Part shown: piece after piece, positions 50,093-64,000 of the stretch
Position numbering within the stretch: the first letter of the stretch is position 1
Layout: every line of letters starts with the position of its first letter
From: Octopus bimaculoides
Taxonomy: Eukaryota
Length of the DNA: 64,000 nucleotides
Direction: 5' to 3'
Assembly: GCF_001194135.2 (NCBI RefSeq)
Contig: NC_068982.1
Location: 66,969,072 to 67,033,071 of the forward strand
Position numbers and translations under genes: made by a program
The notes under the pieces: model-generated
Seen by the model: the letters and a program-made list of their open reading frames with translations, nothing else
Told to the model about the DNA's origin: nothing
Database searches by the model: none

Positions 50093-53000
50093 AAGGTGTT
50101 GATTTAGAACACTTTACAACAGGAAGTGTGCATCATAGAACTCGGGGTCAGTCTCAGGTGGGTTGGTATTAAAAGGGTTAACACCACCACTTGATCCATG
50201 AGTACCTTTAGTAGAGTCCACTCTGTGGCAAACATTTGGACCGGATCTCTGGTCTAAGGCTAAATTCCTCTCTTCCTTTCAGAGTTCTTGAAAAGGTTCA
50301 TGGGTGTTTCCTTTCTACTTCTGACTAACTCATATAAAAACTTTTCAAATATGACATTTAAGCAAATAAAACCAGGTTTAGTTGCTGTATTTAGGTTAAA
50401 CTGGTGAATAATTGATATAACTGTGGTTATAGAGTTGATTAAACTCTCTCTCTCTAAGAGCTATAAGCTAATATAAAATATAGTTAATAAATTCATATAA
50501 GTTAATAAAAGTTAAAATATATTAATAAAATAAAACAATATAAGTCAATAGAAGATATACAGTACACGGGATGAGAATGGACATCAAACCATTGGAACCA
50601 AACCAAAAATGAAATGCAAGTGAAATGTGGTCCTCTAGTCAGTCTGGGTGAGCAGTACTGTCATATATAGATTAACTCCAACCATGGCAACCCATGGAAA
50701 GCAGACATGAAACAATGATGATGGAGAAAGAGGAGGTGGAGGACATATTTTTATGAGTCACCTGAACCACCTGAAATAATTATTACAGACTAACAAGTCT
50801 TCTCAATCACAACTGACGTGTGTCTCTACAACAACAACAGCGGCATTAGTAGAGGCATTGACAAAATAATTTTATATAAACAAAGATATGAAATGAAATA
50901 TATGTACATGTACAAAAAAATTTCTCGAATATCTCAGCCATAGTTAATTTTTCAATGTTCTGATTACTACAGAATGCAAATCATTACATTTCTGTATTAG
51001 TACTTCAGCACATAACAGTCATTCTCTGTGATTTAGTACAAACACTTCTTTGTTTTCTTATTCATGGATATTTTTCTAGGATTTCTCTTATAATAATCAT
51101 ATTAAGTCATATAACAGTTATTTTAAGATAATGATGATGCAAATTTGTTTTCATTCTTCTTGTTGTCTAAGAGGAAGCACAAATCTGCTACAGATAATGG
51201 TAGAAAACCAACACAAACAAGAAGAAAAACTAATATAAATGAAGTAAAAAATATAATGTTGAAGTTCTGAGAATACCAAAAGGGTAAAACACAAGAAGCA
51301 TGTTTTTAAAGAGTTCTTGTGTAACCCCAGGATAGACCCAATTGAGTGGAGAAATTATGACCAAACACAGCGCAACCATGACCATCCCATATTAAACTAA
51401 GATCAGATCACCTCCTTCTATATTATTCTTCAATCCTCACCTAACTGAGGACATTATCTTGCAAGTTACTTGGTGACCCTACACTCCTGGTGCTGGGCCA
51501 TGGAAAAAGTACCCAGTACACACTGTAAAATGGTTGGTATTAGGAAAGGTACCCAATCATAGAAATTGTGCCAAATCAGACAATAGGGCTTGACTTCCCC
51601 GTTGGCTTGCCAGCTCCAGTCAAACCATCCTACCCAGCATGGAAAATGGATGTTAAATGATGATGATGATGATGATGATGATCCCACCCCCCTTTAAGAC
51701 AGAAGGGTGTGATCTGAGAGAAATTTAGTGTTATTTCTAGCAGGTTCATTAACTGCATAGAGGTTACTGAATTGGTTCATACTCCTTACTTAAAGGAGAC
51801 AGGGAAGTGACTTTTGTAGATCATCCTGGGTGGTGAGACTGATGCTGGTTTGTGTTCACTATGAGTATCTCTAAAAGAGAGTCACAATGAGTTACTGTAT
51901 GATACAGTGGGGGATGGCAAGTGTGTGAAAAACCAGTGAATTACAGAGATGTGGTTGGAAGAAATTTACATCAAAAGAGTTCTGAGAACAGGTTGTTTGA
52001 GTACAGGTAGACAGGTAGCAGAGAGAAGAAATAAAACATCTGGTACTAATGCTTATAACGTTGTAGGGATTGAATCTTTGTGAGGCAGTTGAAAAGACTT
52101 CTTTTGGTTGTGGACATTGCTTTATTTTTGCTTTTTTTTTTATTTGTTTGGTGTTGAGAAAGGGGCCATGCATATGACCTTCACAGACCTACTGAAGTCT
52201 AGAAGATTTATGTTACAATCCTGATTTTATCAGCAGTAATCTAATGTGGGTGAATTTGGAGTTTTGTAGATGGACAGCTGTTTGGTTAAAGAAGTTTCCA
52301 CTCTATGGTTTCAGGTTTCATGACACTGCATGGCACCTTGGGCAAGTATCTTCTACCTAACCTTAGATTCACCAAGCCTTGTTAGTGATATTTGGTAGAC
52401 AGAAACTGTGCAGAGTTCCAGCATGTGTGTGTGCACATGTTTGTATGTGTGTGTATGCATGTGTGTGTGTGTATGCATGTGTGTGTGTGTGTGTGCATGT
52501 GCTTGCACGCATATGTGCATTTGCTAGTATAAATCTGGATCCAATAGAAGTTTTTAAAGGGATATATATAGGTAAACTTAGACATTTGATAAATGAATGC
52601 CAGGTAAAGTACGGTGTCAATATAATTGGCTAAACCTCTTGAAAGTTCCAGCTTGGCTGCAATTCAATGACTGGAAGCAAGAAGAAGAAAAGTACTCACA
52701 TTAACTACTCAACAGAACCACTTATTCTAACCACAGGTACTTGACTTATGCCACCTTTTGTAATCAGTAAGTGACCAACTCTGAACAACTGTGAATGTCT
52801 ATTTGTAGTTGTTTATCAGTCAGAATCTAGTTAAATACTGCTTTGAACCAGTTTTGAACTGAACATCAATTGGATAAACTTCCCAAATCAAGGCCGGTTC
52901 GGAGAAGTCACAACTAACTTACATCCACTACAGACTAGACACCATAAAACAAGGTTTTTTTAGAAGACCTTTTAGATTACGTTAAACTTCTAATTCCAGC

Positions 53001-55795
53001 ACTAATCCTGAGAGTATATTTAGCCTTGCTCTAGAACAATTTTGGATTTATAATGCCTATTGATTACCAAATTTATATCAACACATAATTTATTCTGATA
53101 TTTACAAATATGATAGCAAGAAACTTTATGATTCTAACATTATTGAAGATGAATAACTCCTAAATAAGGTGACAACACTTTCAGTATGTAATTAGAATAC
53201 ATATTATCTAAAGGTATCCTCTAGCATCTGCACTAACTGCCCTCCCCCAACAGCTTCTTCACTTTTTCATACTCTTTCTCATCTTTCTTCCTTTGACCAA
53301 CCTCCACGATACCTCAACCTCTCCTTCTTCCAATGGCTCTCAGGATTCCTCTCCACCTTAGCCTACAGACACCTCCCTGTCCCCTTCCCCTAACATCTTC
53401 TGTCAAAACTCACCATTATTAGGTAGGATAGTCAGTCCCCCCATACACACATCCTGCACAACCCACTCTATTAACCACTCATCTTTCTCAATAATCCCTG
53501 TCAAAAATCCCTTCCCTCTCCTCTTTTCCCTGTGCCCCCCCTCCAATTAGTCACTACTATTGTACTACTCTCCTCACCTTTACCACTCTATAGCAACTAT
53601 AAATATGTTCCTTTCGTCTTAACGTCCCTCATCCTCCTGTCTAGAATTATCACCCACTCTCTCTGTTATTCTCCCTAATTACAAGGGCCACTGTAAGTTT
53701 TTTTCCTTGCAAAATACCAAGCAATCTTCTGAAGAACTTGTGCCAAGGTAAAAGAAGCCAGTACACTCCTGTATTGGTTGGCATTAGGAAAGGCAACCAG
53801 CAGTAGAAATCATGCCAAACAAGGCACTATCGTGACACAGTCCTCTGACATGTCATATCCGGTAAAACTGTATAACCCATGCCAGCATGGAAGCCAGACG
53901 GTTCATAATGCCATCAATACTGACAATGCTCTCTCTCTCTCTTTCTCTTTCTAGTTGGTTATAAACCTTTAAATAGTTTCCAAGCCAGACTAGAAATATT
54001 TTCATATAGGATTAATTAGTTCTTGTGTTTTATGCAGTTATGTTATTATCCTCATACAGTAATTGCCAAGTCTACACAACCAGATGATTTATACTGGATA
54101 TTCACTGATATATAATCAGTCTTACTGAAGCAATATGTGAAGTAGCAATCGCATCAAAGCAAACTCTGAAATCTGAGGAATCTAGTACTGATCTGACTCA
54201 ATTTTGGAGTAAAACTAGCAATCCAATAAACATAGTGGTGGTCAGCATCCTAATTAGTCAATAGGCATGTTCATAGAAGAGTTTGTTTTTAAAAGATTTT
54301 TACTGTATTTTTTCTCAAGCTGGAAAGGACGACTATTTTTCTTATTAGTGCTATTTTGAACAGTTTGACTTTTTTTTTTGTTGCAAACTCAAAATGCATT
54401 CTTTATATATAAATATTTCTCTGTGCTGTTTTGTATTTTTAGTGTTACAATCTTTGCCTATTTATTTCTTGATATTGTACTTCACTTATGCCTGTCCTTG
54501 TTCACCTATCATGTCCACTGATTTATATTCCAGCAAGTTTTATTGCTGACAATACCAAATTGAATATTTTCAGGAGTTGCTGAAATTGTGGTGATATTTG
54601 GTCGACAACAGATAAGGAATGGAGCTTGTGCACATGTGTGTGTGTGTGTGTGTCTGTGTGTGCGCACACACATGCGTTTTTCCTGTTTTTCCATAAATTT
54701 AATTGTTGTTCTCCATTGCCACATTTTCATTATTTTGATAGAAATGTTTGATATGTTTGTTTGCTTTGAGTGAAGAATTCAATGTTTCAAGCTTTCACCC
54801 TTTGTTTGAATGAAGAGGAGAGAGAGAAAGTGGTCTTGTTACTTTGAGTTTAGACACAGTTGCCTGAGATGTTAAATTCTTTACTCATCAAAGTAATTCA
54901 ACTTATTGAACTCTCCTAACAGTACAATATTGGCTGAGTTGAGATCCTTCAGCCATTAGATTTGTATGTTCTGTTTATTAGTTATAACAACCAAATAATT
55001 TTACACCAACATTAGGCATATTTTCTTATATAAGATTAACAAATACACTCTATGGTGTTTTACATAGTTGTTCTAGCTATCTATATCTTCCAGTATAAGG
55101 CAGTTGCAGGAGTTTGTCCTTTACTGATGAAACCAAACAGGCATGATCAATGGCTAGGGTGGATGGAGAGCGAGGTTGGGAGAATAGTAAAACTTGACTA
55201 AAAGAAAAGGCACAAAATCTTTATTAACCAATGCATTTGAATATGATCACACTGATTCTATGATACAAACTTGCCATTTTATAGGGATCTAAATAAAAAT
55301 CTTCCATACAAATTTGATGTTGCACAGTAGGACCAAACCACATGATTGTGAAGCAAATTTCTTAACCACAGCTATGCCTGTGCCTATAATTCTATCCTTT
55401 TATAATTACATCTGATTAATATAAATGACTTAATTAGTAATTGAAAACATCCAGGAAAAGAATAAAGAAATGTTTCTGGGTTCAAAATCTGATTAATTAA
55501 TTATTAATAAAATTACTCTACATGCAAAATCAAATTTTGCCAATCTCACTCATCTCATAAATTTATCAGAGAGCAACATCTTTCTATCAACTCTCACTTT
55601 CCTCAAGTGGTACTTGAAAATGATGAGAGCTTGGCAAGGGCAGAAAACCACTGTCTATAAATCTTTCAACCACATCCACCTTTGCCTGTAGCCGCTAAAT
55701 AGAGGAAGGCTACTTGTTTTTACTTGCCAAAGAAAATGAGTTCATTTATCTAAACAACTGACTCAACTGATGATCAGATCCGTCCTACTTATGAT

Positions 55796-56450
55796 AATAG
55801 GTGTTCGAGATAAATTTGACTATTTTTTGTCTCCTTTTTTTTTCAGGAACAGCTTGATGAATTGGAGAATGTATCATGAAAACAAAGTTCCCCCAAAATG
55901 TAATGGTCGTTGGGTAAGTCTCCAGTGATGATGACATCATGCTGCCCCACATCTTTGAAAAAGGCTTTAGGCTCAATTCAGACGGCAATGTGAAGCTGCT
56001 GGAGACTGTGATCAAACTCTGGCTGGAGAGGGTTGCTGTTGGAAGGCCATGTTTATGGCAGCAAGATTCAGCTCCTTGCCTTACATCCAGAAAAAGTCAG
56101 GAGTGATTGTTAGAGAATTGTTACAACTTCACCAGCCCCAATTTCTGCTTTTTTAGATTCTCCTGATCATAATCCCATGGATTACTTTGTGTGGAGTGTG
56201 GTTGAGAAAGACACCAACCGCTCTGCCTGAAACTCCAAGGCTAAACTGGAGGGCAAAATCAAAGAGATATTCGAAGATCTTCCAAGGACATAGTGAGGAA
56301 TGCATACGACAAATTCTGGAGCTGTCTTGAGGCTGTAGTGGAAGCTGAGGGCAGCTACTTTCAGTAAATTTTTATCTCCCAGCCATAATCTAGATGATGT
56401 TTTTTGATATTTTAAAATACTTTCATTTTTGTCTCAAATGTCTCCTACTA
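55796..56450 (+). pseudogene. Tc1/mariner DD37D (maT-like) remnant, internally deleted
   Basis: MKTKFPQNVMVVG*VSSDDDIMLPHIF...WQQDSAPC-37aa-SPDHNPMDYFVW...LEAVVEAEGSYF*. Only weak TIR similarity at the two ends. Confidence 0.8.
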
Positions 56451-58959
56451 CATATAGCCAATATACATACATTATGCATGTATGCATGCATGTGTGTATT
56501 TGTGCTTCCTTGTCTTGATATCACATAATAGTTGTATACAATTCAGCATCATACAAGTGCCAGCATGCATTTCCAATCTTCTGTGAAAACATATCTGGTC
56601 TTGGGGAAATATTACCTATCCTTGAAAAAAAATGAAGGTTGGTGACAGGAAGGACATCCAGCCATAGAAAATCTACCTTAACTAATTCCATCTGACCCAT
56701 GCAAGAATAGAAAAGTGGACATTAAAACAATGGTAATGATGAAGATGATATTTTTATTGTCACAATATATTTGCAAAAGGTCACAACAAATTTACAAAAA
56801 TAAATATAATCTAAGTTAAGTAAAAAGATATTTAAACAAAAATCAAGTTAAACTTCAGTTCACAATACAATGAAGCTAAGAATTGTTAAAAAATATTTCT
56901 ACAAAATAAATTCAACGATAAAGATGGCCGCTGTAAACTTTTTCATCTTTACACCATGACAGTTGTATAATTTAACAACTAAACAATTCTGTTTAGTTAT
57001 GATTGATTTCTAAGCACTTATAATTTAATCAATATCTGCAAAATGTATTTTCAAAACATCAGTATTTCTTTGTAAGTCTAACAAAGACAACCAGAGAGAA
57101 ATATAATGAACTAGGAGACATGTTTAAAGTTCATTTGCGTGTGTATGTGTTTGTAAATGTATATATCCATATAAATATAATAACTGAGGAGATAAATATA
57201 ACCAGGTGATCACCTCATCAGCAGTACACATTAGGACTTAGCTAGTGTAAGTATTACAAAAGCTGAAGGAAGATCAGTTATACTTCAGTTAATGATAAAA
57301 ACAGAGCACTTTGCAAATCCAAGGTATGATCCAGCAAGCATGTTGTAAGCCTCACAGAGTAAATGATAATTGAGGAAAAGAGAATTTAAATTAATGTTAC
57401 AAACATTTCTGTAAATGAATGTTACTTATTATATACTACATACAAAGTTATGCAACTCAAGTTAATTGTGATTCAAATCAGGATGTCTGAGGAAGTGAAT
57501 GAACAATACTATTACATATGTCGCATGTACTACATAACTTTGTGTGTAGTATGAAATAAACAATATTCATTTATAAGAAACATTCAAAACGTCGATTTGA
57601 CTTCTCTTTTCTTGAATGAATGAATGAATGAATGATGTATGCATATATGTATGCATATGCATGTTTACATATATATATATACACACACAGAGAGTACATT
57701 TAAATATAGATGATATATCAATACAAACATACACATACATAGAGTATATATAAATGGATAGATCTCCATTGGTTTTGATCATGATTCCAATTAGATCAAC
57801 TGAATTACCAGGTCATTGAATTAGTTTAGCATAAGAAGCTGAGCATTCTAGACATGTGAACATAAAATCAGTGTGACACAGTATGCAACAAGGCTATATC
57901 ATGTTCTATTCTCTTGTTGTTTCAATGGCAGCTTCTGTGACAAGAAAAAGTACCGCACTCACTACCTAAGTGCGTTTTAGTCTAAAGTAATTTCTAGTGG
58001 TCCTAATCAACCAAGCTGTCAATTAGGTATCTTTTAGATATCCAATGCCAAAGGAAGAAAATTTAGTTTTCTCAATCTGAAATGAACCATCTTGTCTTTC
58101 CTATGAGATGTCATCACTCCCAGAAAAAAAGGGGCTAATTTTTTTCCTTTAAAAAACTACCATAGAGAAAATGCTACACAGAAAAATTAACTAACAAAAA
58201 AACTATGTACACTATTGTATATTTCAACAGCACCGGAACATCAGTCAGTAGACATGTAAAAGAAACAATCTTACAATACTACATCATTCCTATACATGAC
58301 AAGCTTCTTTAATTGTGTGTAGATTTGGTAGAAGGAAATTAAAAGAAGACTGTGGCTTCTGTTGCTCAATTTATTTTTAATAAGCTCACTGGCTTTTAGC
58401 TACACCAGTGCCCAATTGGCCCCTGTATTTCTAAGTATATCACTAGCAAAGCAGTTACTGCTATTTCCAGTAACTAGGTATCTACCACAAGCAAGGCCAA
58501 AAGAGGTCAAAATCACATGATCTGGTAGTCCTGGCAATGAAAGTAGTGGTGATTGTCTTCTGCTGGCGAGAACTATAATATGCTTTTATGTAGCGTAAAA
58601 TCATGAGAGATTTTCTCCCTTGGTAAATATTATGGTATTTGTGTATTCTAATGCAACATCCACTTTTAAGTGGTGAATATTTTACCTTTTAGTATTAATA
58701 CTGCTTCAGTCACTCTAATTATATATGTATATATATATAAATATTAATAATAGTAAAGGGAATAGCAACTTGTACATCTACAAAATTTATGTTGTAATTA
58801 TATACCGCATAATGACCTGCACATGTTTCCACTACAGTGACTAGTCCCTGATCATTGTGGTTAGCTGTTAACTACTTAACTGAGAGCTAATACAGTATCT
58901 GCCAGGATAATATATCCTTTCAAATTTACTTATATATATATATATATATATATATAAAG

Positions 58960-59606
58960 TTAAAACTTACTTGCAAATGGATGCATGGCATTCAATAATA
59001 TAATAATATAAATGATATGTGAGCATATGCATATATACATACATATATGTACATACCTACATTTACATATATATATATATATAGATGCATATCCGGGTAC
59101 AGGACGTCAAAAAAACGTGAACAAAATAAGGAACACAAACAAGGAACATAAAATAAGGAACATAAACAAAGCACAAAAAACGAACTTTTTTTACGGACAA
59201 CAGAATGAGCACATAGGAAAACAGACAAGCCACATATGGAACTTTTCCTTCATCAGCTGCCTCTATTCTAAACTAGGCGTTTCGAAGATAAGGCAGAACG
59301 CGCTCTTAGAATAGCTCTTCCCGCAAAGCAAATTAAATACAACCTGCTATGCGGAGGATTCCAAAGTGGTAAACAGAAACCAAGACAGGGAAAACTAAAC
59401 AGTGAAACAAACTTTGAGGGCCGTTAAGCCGAACGGGATGAGATACTGAACACTGTGGTGACGAACTTGAGCAGAGAGAGATAGCAGTTCATGTTGCCTT
59501 TATGCTGGCCAAATGAAGAAAGGAAGAGGTGACCACAGGTCACGTGTGATCAACAAGAAGTGGTAGAGAGAGGAAAAGGGAGGAAGTTGAACATAGGTGA
59601 GCGAAT
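58960..59606. mobile_element. Probable Penelope-like terminal repeat region, truncated by gap
   Basis: GC-richer, CpG-retaining (young) segment containing ttcatcag and gcgtttcg motifs typical of PLE termini. No ORF. Confidence 0.4.
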
Positions 59607-60476
59607 NNNNNNNNNNNNNNNNNNNNNNNNNNNNNNNNNNNNNNNNNNNNNNNNNNNNNNNNNNNNNNNNNNNNNNNNNNNNNNNNNNNNNNNNNNNNNN
59701 NNNNNNNNNNNNNNNNNNNNNNNNNNNNNNNNNNNNNNNNNNNNNNNNNNNNNNNNNNNNNNNNNNNNNNNNNNNNNNNNNNNNNNNNNNNNNNNNNNNN
59801 NNNNNNNNNNNNNNNNNNNNNNNNNNNNNNNNNNNNNNNNNNNNNNNNNNNNNNNNNNNNNNNNNNNNNNNNNNNNNTTTTTTTTTTTTTTTTTTTTTTC
59901 ATGATTTAGCCACTTCATAATCATGACTGCCTAAAACCCTAAACACTTCTAACAGTCAAGTGGTTGCCTCAATATCTTGATTTCTTTTGTCTGTCAAGGC
60001 CACCATGACATACTAAAATCCTTCTCTTGTGATTTTGATAGGTGAAGTGCTGCTCATATTATTTTATATAAATTTCTTTGTATTCCTTGTATTTTTATAT
60101 AAACAGACATGTCCTTTGGTGAAATTCAATAAATTAATTGTTTGAATATGACTAATGTGAAGGAATAATTGACACCAAGAAATTAATACTAATCACAAGA
60201 AACATGATGATCATCCAAAGTTGATCAAAAACTAAAACCAGAAACAAAAATATAATCAAATAAATTTAAAAAGTGAAAATGAAAAATGAAGAATTAAATG
60301 TTGATTATTAAAAAATAAACTATATTTATCATTGTATTATGAATAATGTTAGAGCAGTGAATTGTAAAAATTAGTTGAGGAGTATCAGACAAAATGCCTT
60401 GTGGTATTTAGCTACCTCACTTTACATTCTGATTTCAAATCACATCAAGGTCAGTCATCTTTAGATTACAAGGGTT

Positions 60477-60720
60477 GCGTCCCACACTTTAAGGCGGCGA
60501 GCTGGCAGAAACATTAGCACGCCGGGCGAAATGCTTCGTGGTATTTCGTCTGCTGCTACGTTCTGAGTTCAAATTCCACCGAGGTCGACTTTGCCTTTCA
60601 TCCTTTCAGGGTCGATTAAATAAGTACCAGTTACGCACTGGGGTCGATATAATCAACTTATTCCCTTTGTCCTTGTTTGTCCCCTCTGTGTCTAGCCCCT
60701 TGTGGGCAGTAAAGAAATAC
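60477..60720 (+). mobile_element. Family B SINE, full length, 13-bp TSD
   Basis: TSD gattacaagggtt at 60464-60476 and 60721-60733. Includes a 5' leader gcgtcccacactttaa before the tRNA-like head. Confidence 0.92.
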
Positions 60721-62258
60721 GATTACAAGGGTTCTCAAATTAGGATACATGTACTCTGAGGAATTTGCAAAAGAAATTTTGAGTATGTGAAATTTTTCAT
60801 CCTTTAAGTGCAGTGATTCTTAAGCTGGGGTACATGTATCCCTGGGGGTACACAAGATAAATTATGGGGTTAGGTAAGATTTGTAAAACCACTGAATTTT
60901 GAACTAAGTATTTTTCAATGGTGCACTCTCTGATTTAGTAAACAGCATTTATAAAAGAAGACATTCAACCAGATGTTTGGAAGTCTTAACTTTCAAATGA
61001 AATGATTAATAATTAGTTAGTCACAGAAGGCAGTGAGCTGGCAGAATTGTTAGCACACCAGGCAAAATGCTTGGCGGTATTTTGTCCATCTTTATGTTTT
61101 GAGTTCAAATTCTGTCAACGTCAACTTTGCCTTTCATCTTTTCAGGGTCAATAAAAGTACCAGTTGGGCACTGGCGTCAATGGAATCAACTTATCCCTCC
61201 CCTGAAATTGGCCTTCTGCCAAAATTTGAAATCAATAGCAAATTAGGCCCAGATGTGGCTATACGCAAAACAAGCTTCTTAACCAAACAGCCAACAATCT
61301 TATAAAAGGAAGAAGTGTCATCTTATAAAAAGAAGAACTGAATGATGCTATCTGTGGTATTTTATTGCAGAATACACTATAATGGTTTTTGAAGGCATTT
61401 CTATTTTCTCTGTCATTGCTCACCTGGGGTTAAACAACACAACTTACTTCAGCTGGCCAATTCCTAGAACAACAAGATGACCTTGGTAATGTACACTATA
61501 TATGGATATATATGGCAACAGTGATGATATATCAGGTTGTTATGCAAGGATAATGGGCATTTGAGAAAACAACACTCACATAGGAATATCAAATGGTCAT
61601 TAATTACAAGGTTTCACCATCATCATCCACACCATTCCCAATGATTCCTGACACCACTGTCATTACAACACTTGTTAACACAGTCAAAAAATCACCAACA
61701 CAATTATTAAACATTACACTAACGACCACCATAATCTTCCTTGCATTACGGTACCTCAGTAGAGACACTGACAGCAGTAACAATAACAACAATGAAGATG
61801 AATGCCTTCTGTAGTTTAAGATGGAATTCTTCTCAGAGTTTTAGTTCCAAACTAGCAATGATTCTCTTCAAATTAGAAATAATGTCACTTCCAGGTTTTT
61901 GTTTCAGTCAAGCAGTTCCAGCAGGTACCTGAGGTGAAGTTTGTGCACAATTGAAGAGACCTTAAACCTGTAATGCTGGTACATAATAACAAATGACTGA
62001 GTGCAATTCAAAATCCCATTGCTCAAATCAACACCCTCCTACATACCACCACCACCACCACCACTAAACTCAACAAACTTATATATATATTTTACAAGAC
62101 ACCAGCTTTAAACAAGGTCCATCATATTTGTTATTATCATCTGATTGATGAATTAAAATAAGTGGTTATGGATGTGTGAATTATGGTAATTTAGTGTAGC
62201 AGTGTATGTGCTGTGTATGCATATGTATGTGTGGATGCATGTAAATTATATGTGTTTG

Positions 62259-62298
<40 letters not shown>

Positions 62299-62374
62299 TA
62301 CATTGTGGATGGTTATCTTTTGCAAATAAACACATGCAATATTTATTTGATCTTCACTTTAGTTTTATTATTAT

Positions 62375-62760
62375 TCTTTTATTTGTTTCAGTCATTTGAC
62401 TGCAGCCATGCTGGAGCACCGCATTTAGTCGAGCAAATTGACCCCGGGACTTATTCTTTGTAAGCCTAGTACTTATTCTATTGGTCTCTTTTGCCGAACT
62501 GCTAAGTGACGGGGGCATAAACACACCAGCATCAGCTGTCAAGCAATGCTAGGGGGACAAACACAGACACACAAACACACACACATGTACATATATACAA
62601 CGGGCTTCTTTCAGTTTCCTTCTACCAAATACACTCACAAGGCTTTGGTCGGCCCGAGGCTATAGTAGAAGACACTTGCCCAAGGTGCCACGCAGTGGGA
62701 CTGAACCCAAAACCATGTGGTTGGTAAGCAAGCTACTTACCACACAGCCACTCCTGTGCC
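62375..62760 (-). mobile_element. Family E composite SINE, full-length young copy
   Basis: Complete head, CORE-like part, internal (CA) tract and 3' module. Confidence 0.88.
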
Positions 62761-62789
62761 TAATAATAAAAATGTTTTTTTCTTTTATT

Positions 62790-63343
62790 AGCCACAAGGG
62801 CCCAAGACATGGAGGACAATATTGAAGGACAAGTTAGAGCACAAAAAAAAAATTACAAAAACGTGTGGTTAACATCAATCAAGGGGAGATACTAGCACAT
62901 TAAAGGATATAACAGGATATATATAAGAAAGTAGAGAAATAAATTATAAATATATAGAATCCCCAATAGCGAGCAGTCCACTTAGAATAATCAGGGGTAA
63001 ACCCCACACAAAAATCCCTGTTTACTCTGCATCTCCAAACCATGGGAAAGTGTCCTCTTCCAGTTTCTTTCTTCTTGCTTAGAAGAGCATACTCAAAGTA
63101 GATCCATTCAGTCTCAGCGGTCTTACCACTGTCAACTACCTTTTGATAAACACACTAGAAGGCAGCACATCCCTCTCTATCCTCACCTTCCTCTTCAAAT
63201 GATATTGATGAGGGTCTGACCAGATAAGAATGTGCCTGTCTTCAAACCATTCAGATTGGTCCATCACACAGCCGCTTTAGCCACAACCACTAAGCAGAGA
63301 AAGATCTGCCTACCTTCTTTGCTAAGGGAAGGTGGTATAATCA
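62790..63343 (-). pseudogene. 3' fragment of a Tx1 (L1-clade) retrotransposon
   Basis: GRQIFLCLVVVAKAAV*WTNLNGLKTGTFLSGQTLINI-(fs)-HLKRKVRIERDVLPSSVFIKR-LTVVRPLRLNGSTLSMLF*, a typical Tx1 ORF2 end. Confidence 0.7.
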
Positions 63344-64000
63344 TCAATGATTTCAAATTTTTTCACAAGGGCAGCAGTTTGGGGAGAAGGAATGTGTCAA
63401 TTACATCAACCCCAGTGTTCAACTGATAAAATAAGTACCAGTTGAACACTGGGGTCTATGTAAATTGCTCCCTAAATTGCTGCCCTTGTGGCAAAATTTG
63501 AAACCAGCATTGTTGTTGTTGTTATTATTATTATTATTATTATTATTAGTGTACTTATCAGAGCTCTTTTGTCACATATTCTGTGACCTCTTCAGTGAGT
63601 CTCTGTCCTTTGTGTCTCCTCTTCTCTATGGTCTATTTCATTTTGTCTCTCTATGGTATAGAAAGACTAAATGGAATACATAGCACACAACCAGAGAGAA
63701 GGTGAGACAAAAACTGCAGAAAGTCAATGAAAAGGTCATAGAATGTGTGATGAAAGAACTCTGACAAAAAAACTAATAATAATAATACAACTAAAGTGAA
63801 GATCAAACAAATAGTGCATGTGTTTATTGCAAAATATGACTATCTGCATATATGACAATATCTGTTTCAACAAAACATTTCACAACAAGAAACTTGCAAA
63901 ACAAATACATAGACACAAACACACACACACATAAATGTGTGTATGTATGTATATATATATGTATATATATATGTATATATATATATATATATATATAAAC

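Noticed and set aside
21070-57330. Scattered plus-strand mini-exons with good splice sites (near 21080, 22092, 51170, 55100, 57291, 57930)
   Set aside because: GTAAGT-like sites are expected many times by chance in 64 kb of AT-rich DNA, and I could not build a coherent recognisable protein.
9913-59924. Long ORFs containing X runs or HT/IY/VC/LS/RE repeats
   Set aside because: Artefacts of N gaps and dinucleotide or trinucleotide microsatellites.

Overview
This is AT-rich, microsatellite-rich metazoan genomic DNA with 8 assembly gaps. The repeat families look like those of a coleoid cephalopod, probably Octopus (inference). Most of the window is intron-like or intergenic and packed with transposon relics. 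These include at least 6 SINE or LINE-tail families (several copies with intact TSDs and many nested insertions), decayed non-LTR elements of five kinds (two R4/Dong, RTE, Tx1, CRE-like, an APE-type LINE) and Penelope-like pieces. DNA elements include a near full-length dead mariner (DD34D), a DD37D/maT remnant, hAT- and piggyBac-type MITEs, a Helitron-like element and two long foldback palindromes. No intact TE ORF, rRNA, true tRNA or CRISPR array is visible. A phase-compatible chain of five minus-strand exons (23724 down to 7749) may encode the C-terminal ~185 aa of a host protein with a divergent BTB/POZ-like pattern; this is tentative and I cannot name the gene. The most unusual observations are a palindrome cluster at 9.3-11.0 kb, a permuted hammerhead-like motif at 59.2-59.3 kb and visible module swapping among SINEs. 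Nothing here is a clearly established new system. Repeat boundaries are hand-read and approximate unless a TSD or TIR is quoted.
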